This document shows, piece by piece, positions 62,574-64,000 of a stretch of DNA of 64,000 nucleotides. The first letter of the stretch is position 1. Each line of letters begins with the position of its first letter. Source of the DNA: Dictyostelium discoideum (lineage: Eukaryota); assembly GCA_000004695.1 (NCBI GenBank), contig CM000154.2, forward strand, positions 2,880,001 to 2,944,000. Reading direction: 5' to 3'. The notes under the pieces are model-generated. The model worked only from the letters and a program-made list of their open reading frames with translations, did not search any database and was not told the origin of the DNA. The position numbers were made by a program, and so were the translations under genes.

Positions 62574-64000
62574 GTAATAATATTAATAATGTAAATGGTA
62601 ATAAAAGTAGTTTAGCATCATCCACTTCATCAATATCATCTCTATCATCAGTTTCGACATTATCAACTTCTAATGCTGCTACAAATACAAATACAAATGC
62701 AAATACAACATCAACTACTAAAACTACATCAACAGTAAGATCAACATCACCAACCCAATTTAAACCAAGAGTTGAATTTGATGAAAATAATCCAAATGCA
62801 ATTATTTTATCAAGACAAAGATGTAAATCCATTTCAAGTCCAAGTGATTTTAGGTTGAACCCACCATCAAATGTACATATGCCAACTAGTTCCTTATCGA
62901 CTTCAACTTCAACTACTAATGTTAATGGATTATTATTACCAAATGGTGTTGGTGGGGTTTCAATGTCTTTCACCCCATCAGGTTTACCAATGACTCCACC
63001 AACAAATTCTTCACAGGTTGATACATTACAAATGTCAACTGAAAGTATAACAATTCAACCTTCCTCTTTAGACTCTTCCTCTGAATCAGTTTCTGATGGT
63101 TTACAATCTGTTTCTGGTTCGCCTGTTACTGCTTCACCTTCACCAACTATTTCAAATAACACAAATGCTACTACTACTAATAATAATAATAATACTAATA
63201 CTAATAATAATAATAATAATAATAATAATCAGCATAATCATCACCATCATCAACATAGTCATAGTCAACAACATGATGTTTATCAAATTAAAAAAGAAAA
63301 TTTTCCATCGTCACCAACTTCACCAACTTTATTACCATCAGAAACTCATGATTTCTCTTCTGAATATTCTAGTAATCCAGGTGGTAAATGTGCAATTTGT
63401 AGAAAACCATTGTGGAGTTTCCCAATTAGTGATAAGAGTAGACGTTGTAGAGATTGTTCTTTAGTTGTACATAGAGCATGTGTTCCTTTAGCAACTGAAT
63501 GTCCATCGGCAAAGAAAAGTCCTTCAAAATTATCGGTACCAAATGGTAATCAATCGAATTCATCATCATCATCCTCCTCTTCATCATCATCCTCATCATC
63601 ATCAAACTCATCATCATCTAATACAAAAGGCCATTCGCGTACACCATCATCACCATCAGTTAGTAGTATACCAGGATTTCAATTAACTTCAAATGCGTCA
63701 CAAAATTTACATGTAAATTCTCATACATTATCATTATTAGTAAATGGTGCGACAATTGATTCAAATCATTATAAGAGAAATAAAAAATCATTAGAAGCTG
63801 GAGCAAGAGATTTTCATTTTATATTTCGTGGTTGTGGTATACCTTTAGATGAATTCCCATTGGATTCATATGTATGTGGTCTTTATTCATACTTTGCACA
63901 TGGTAGATTATATTTAACAGAGAGTTATGTTTGTTTTTATGATGGTTTCGTATTCGATAGAACTAAAGAACGTACAAAGATAATTAAAGTATCAAATATT
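61850..64000 (+). CDS. C1 (DAG/phorbol-ester-type zinc finger) plus GRAM domain protein. 3'-partial: 717 codons and still open at the window end.
   Basis: ATG at 61850, open to the end of the window. C1 motif H-x12-CAICRKPLWSF...RRCRDCSLVVHRACVPLATEC. GRAM-like FHFIFRGCGIPLDEFPLDSYVCGLYSYFAHGRLYLTESYVCFYDGFVFDRTKE..IIKVSNI. Long S/N/T-rich linkers. Confidence 0.7.

Overview
This is AT-rich (~75-80% A+T) eukaryotic DNA with long poly-A/T runs, AAT/CAA codon-repeat tracts, short GT...AG introns and actin genes, all consistent with Dictyostelium discoideum. It is protein-coding nuclear DNA. I found no tRNA genes, rRNA genes, transposons or CRISPR arrays.

The first ~8.3 kb holds an actin array, all on the + strand:
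- two tandem ~3 kb units, each carrying a divergent D-loop-deleted actin followed by a conventional-type actin;
- the actin in unit 1 is an internally deleted pseudogene;
- a third actin variant (MEREEV..., 6806..7948) follows;
- a shared upstream module recurs before each actin, with an orphan copy at 8168..8285.

The rest of the window is densely packed with conventional genes, many of which needed manual splicing:
- an SPFH/flotillin (vacuolin-like) gene;
- RPA70;
- VASP, whose first coding exon is only 5 nt;
- the GPI transamidase subunit PIG-S and COG5, sharing a divergent promoter;
- a secreted cysteine-rich protein and two polytopic membrane proteins;
- a type I membrane protein;
- a tandem pair of tiny single-TM genes that may be NDUFA1-like;
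- coatomer zeta, an acyl-CoA synthetase-like gene with an unresolved 5' end, a giant NDR/LATS-family kinase, a large N-rich protein with a short terminal exon, a Tat-SF1/CUS2 homolog, a canonical major actin on the minus strand, and a partial C1+GRAM-domain gene running off the window end.

There are two 100-N assembly gaps. Intergenic DNA carries CArG boxes, G-box-like GT tracts and odd C-tract/A-tract/G-tract palindromes that may be assembly artefacts.
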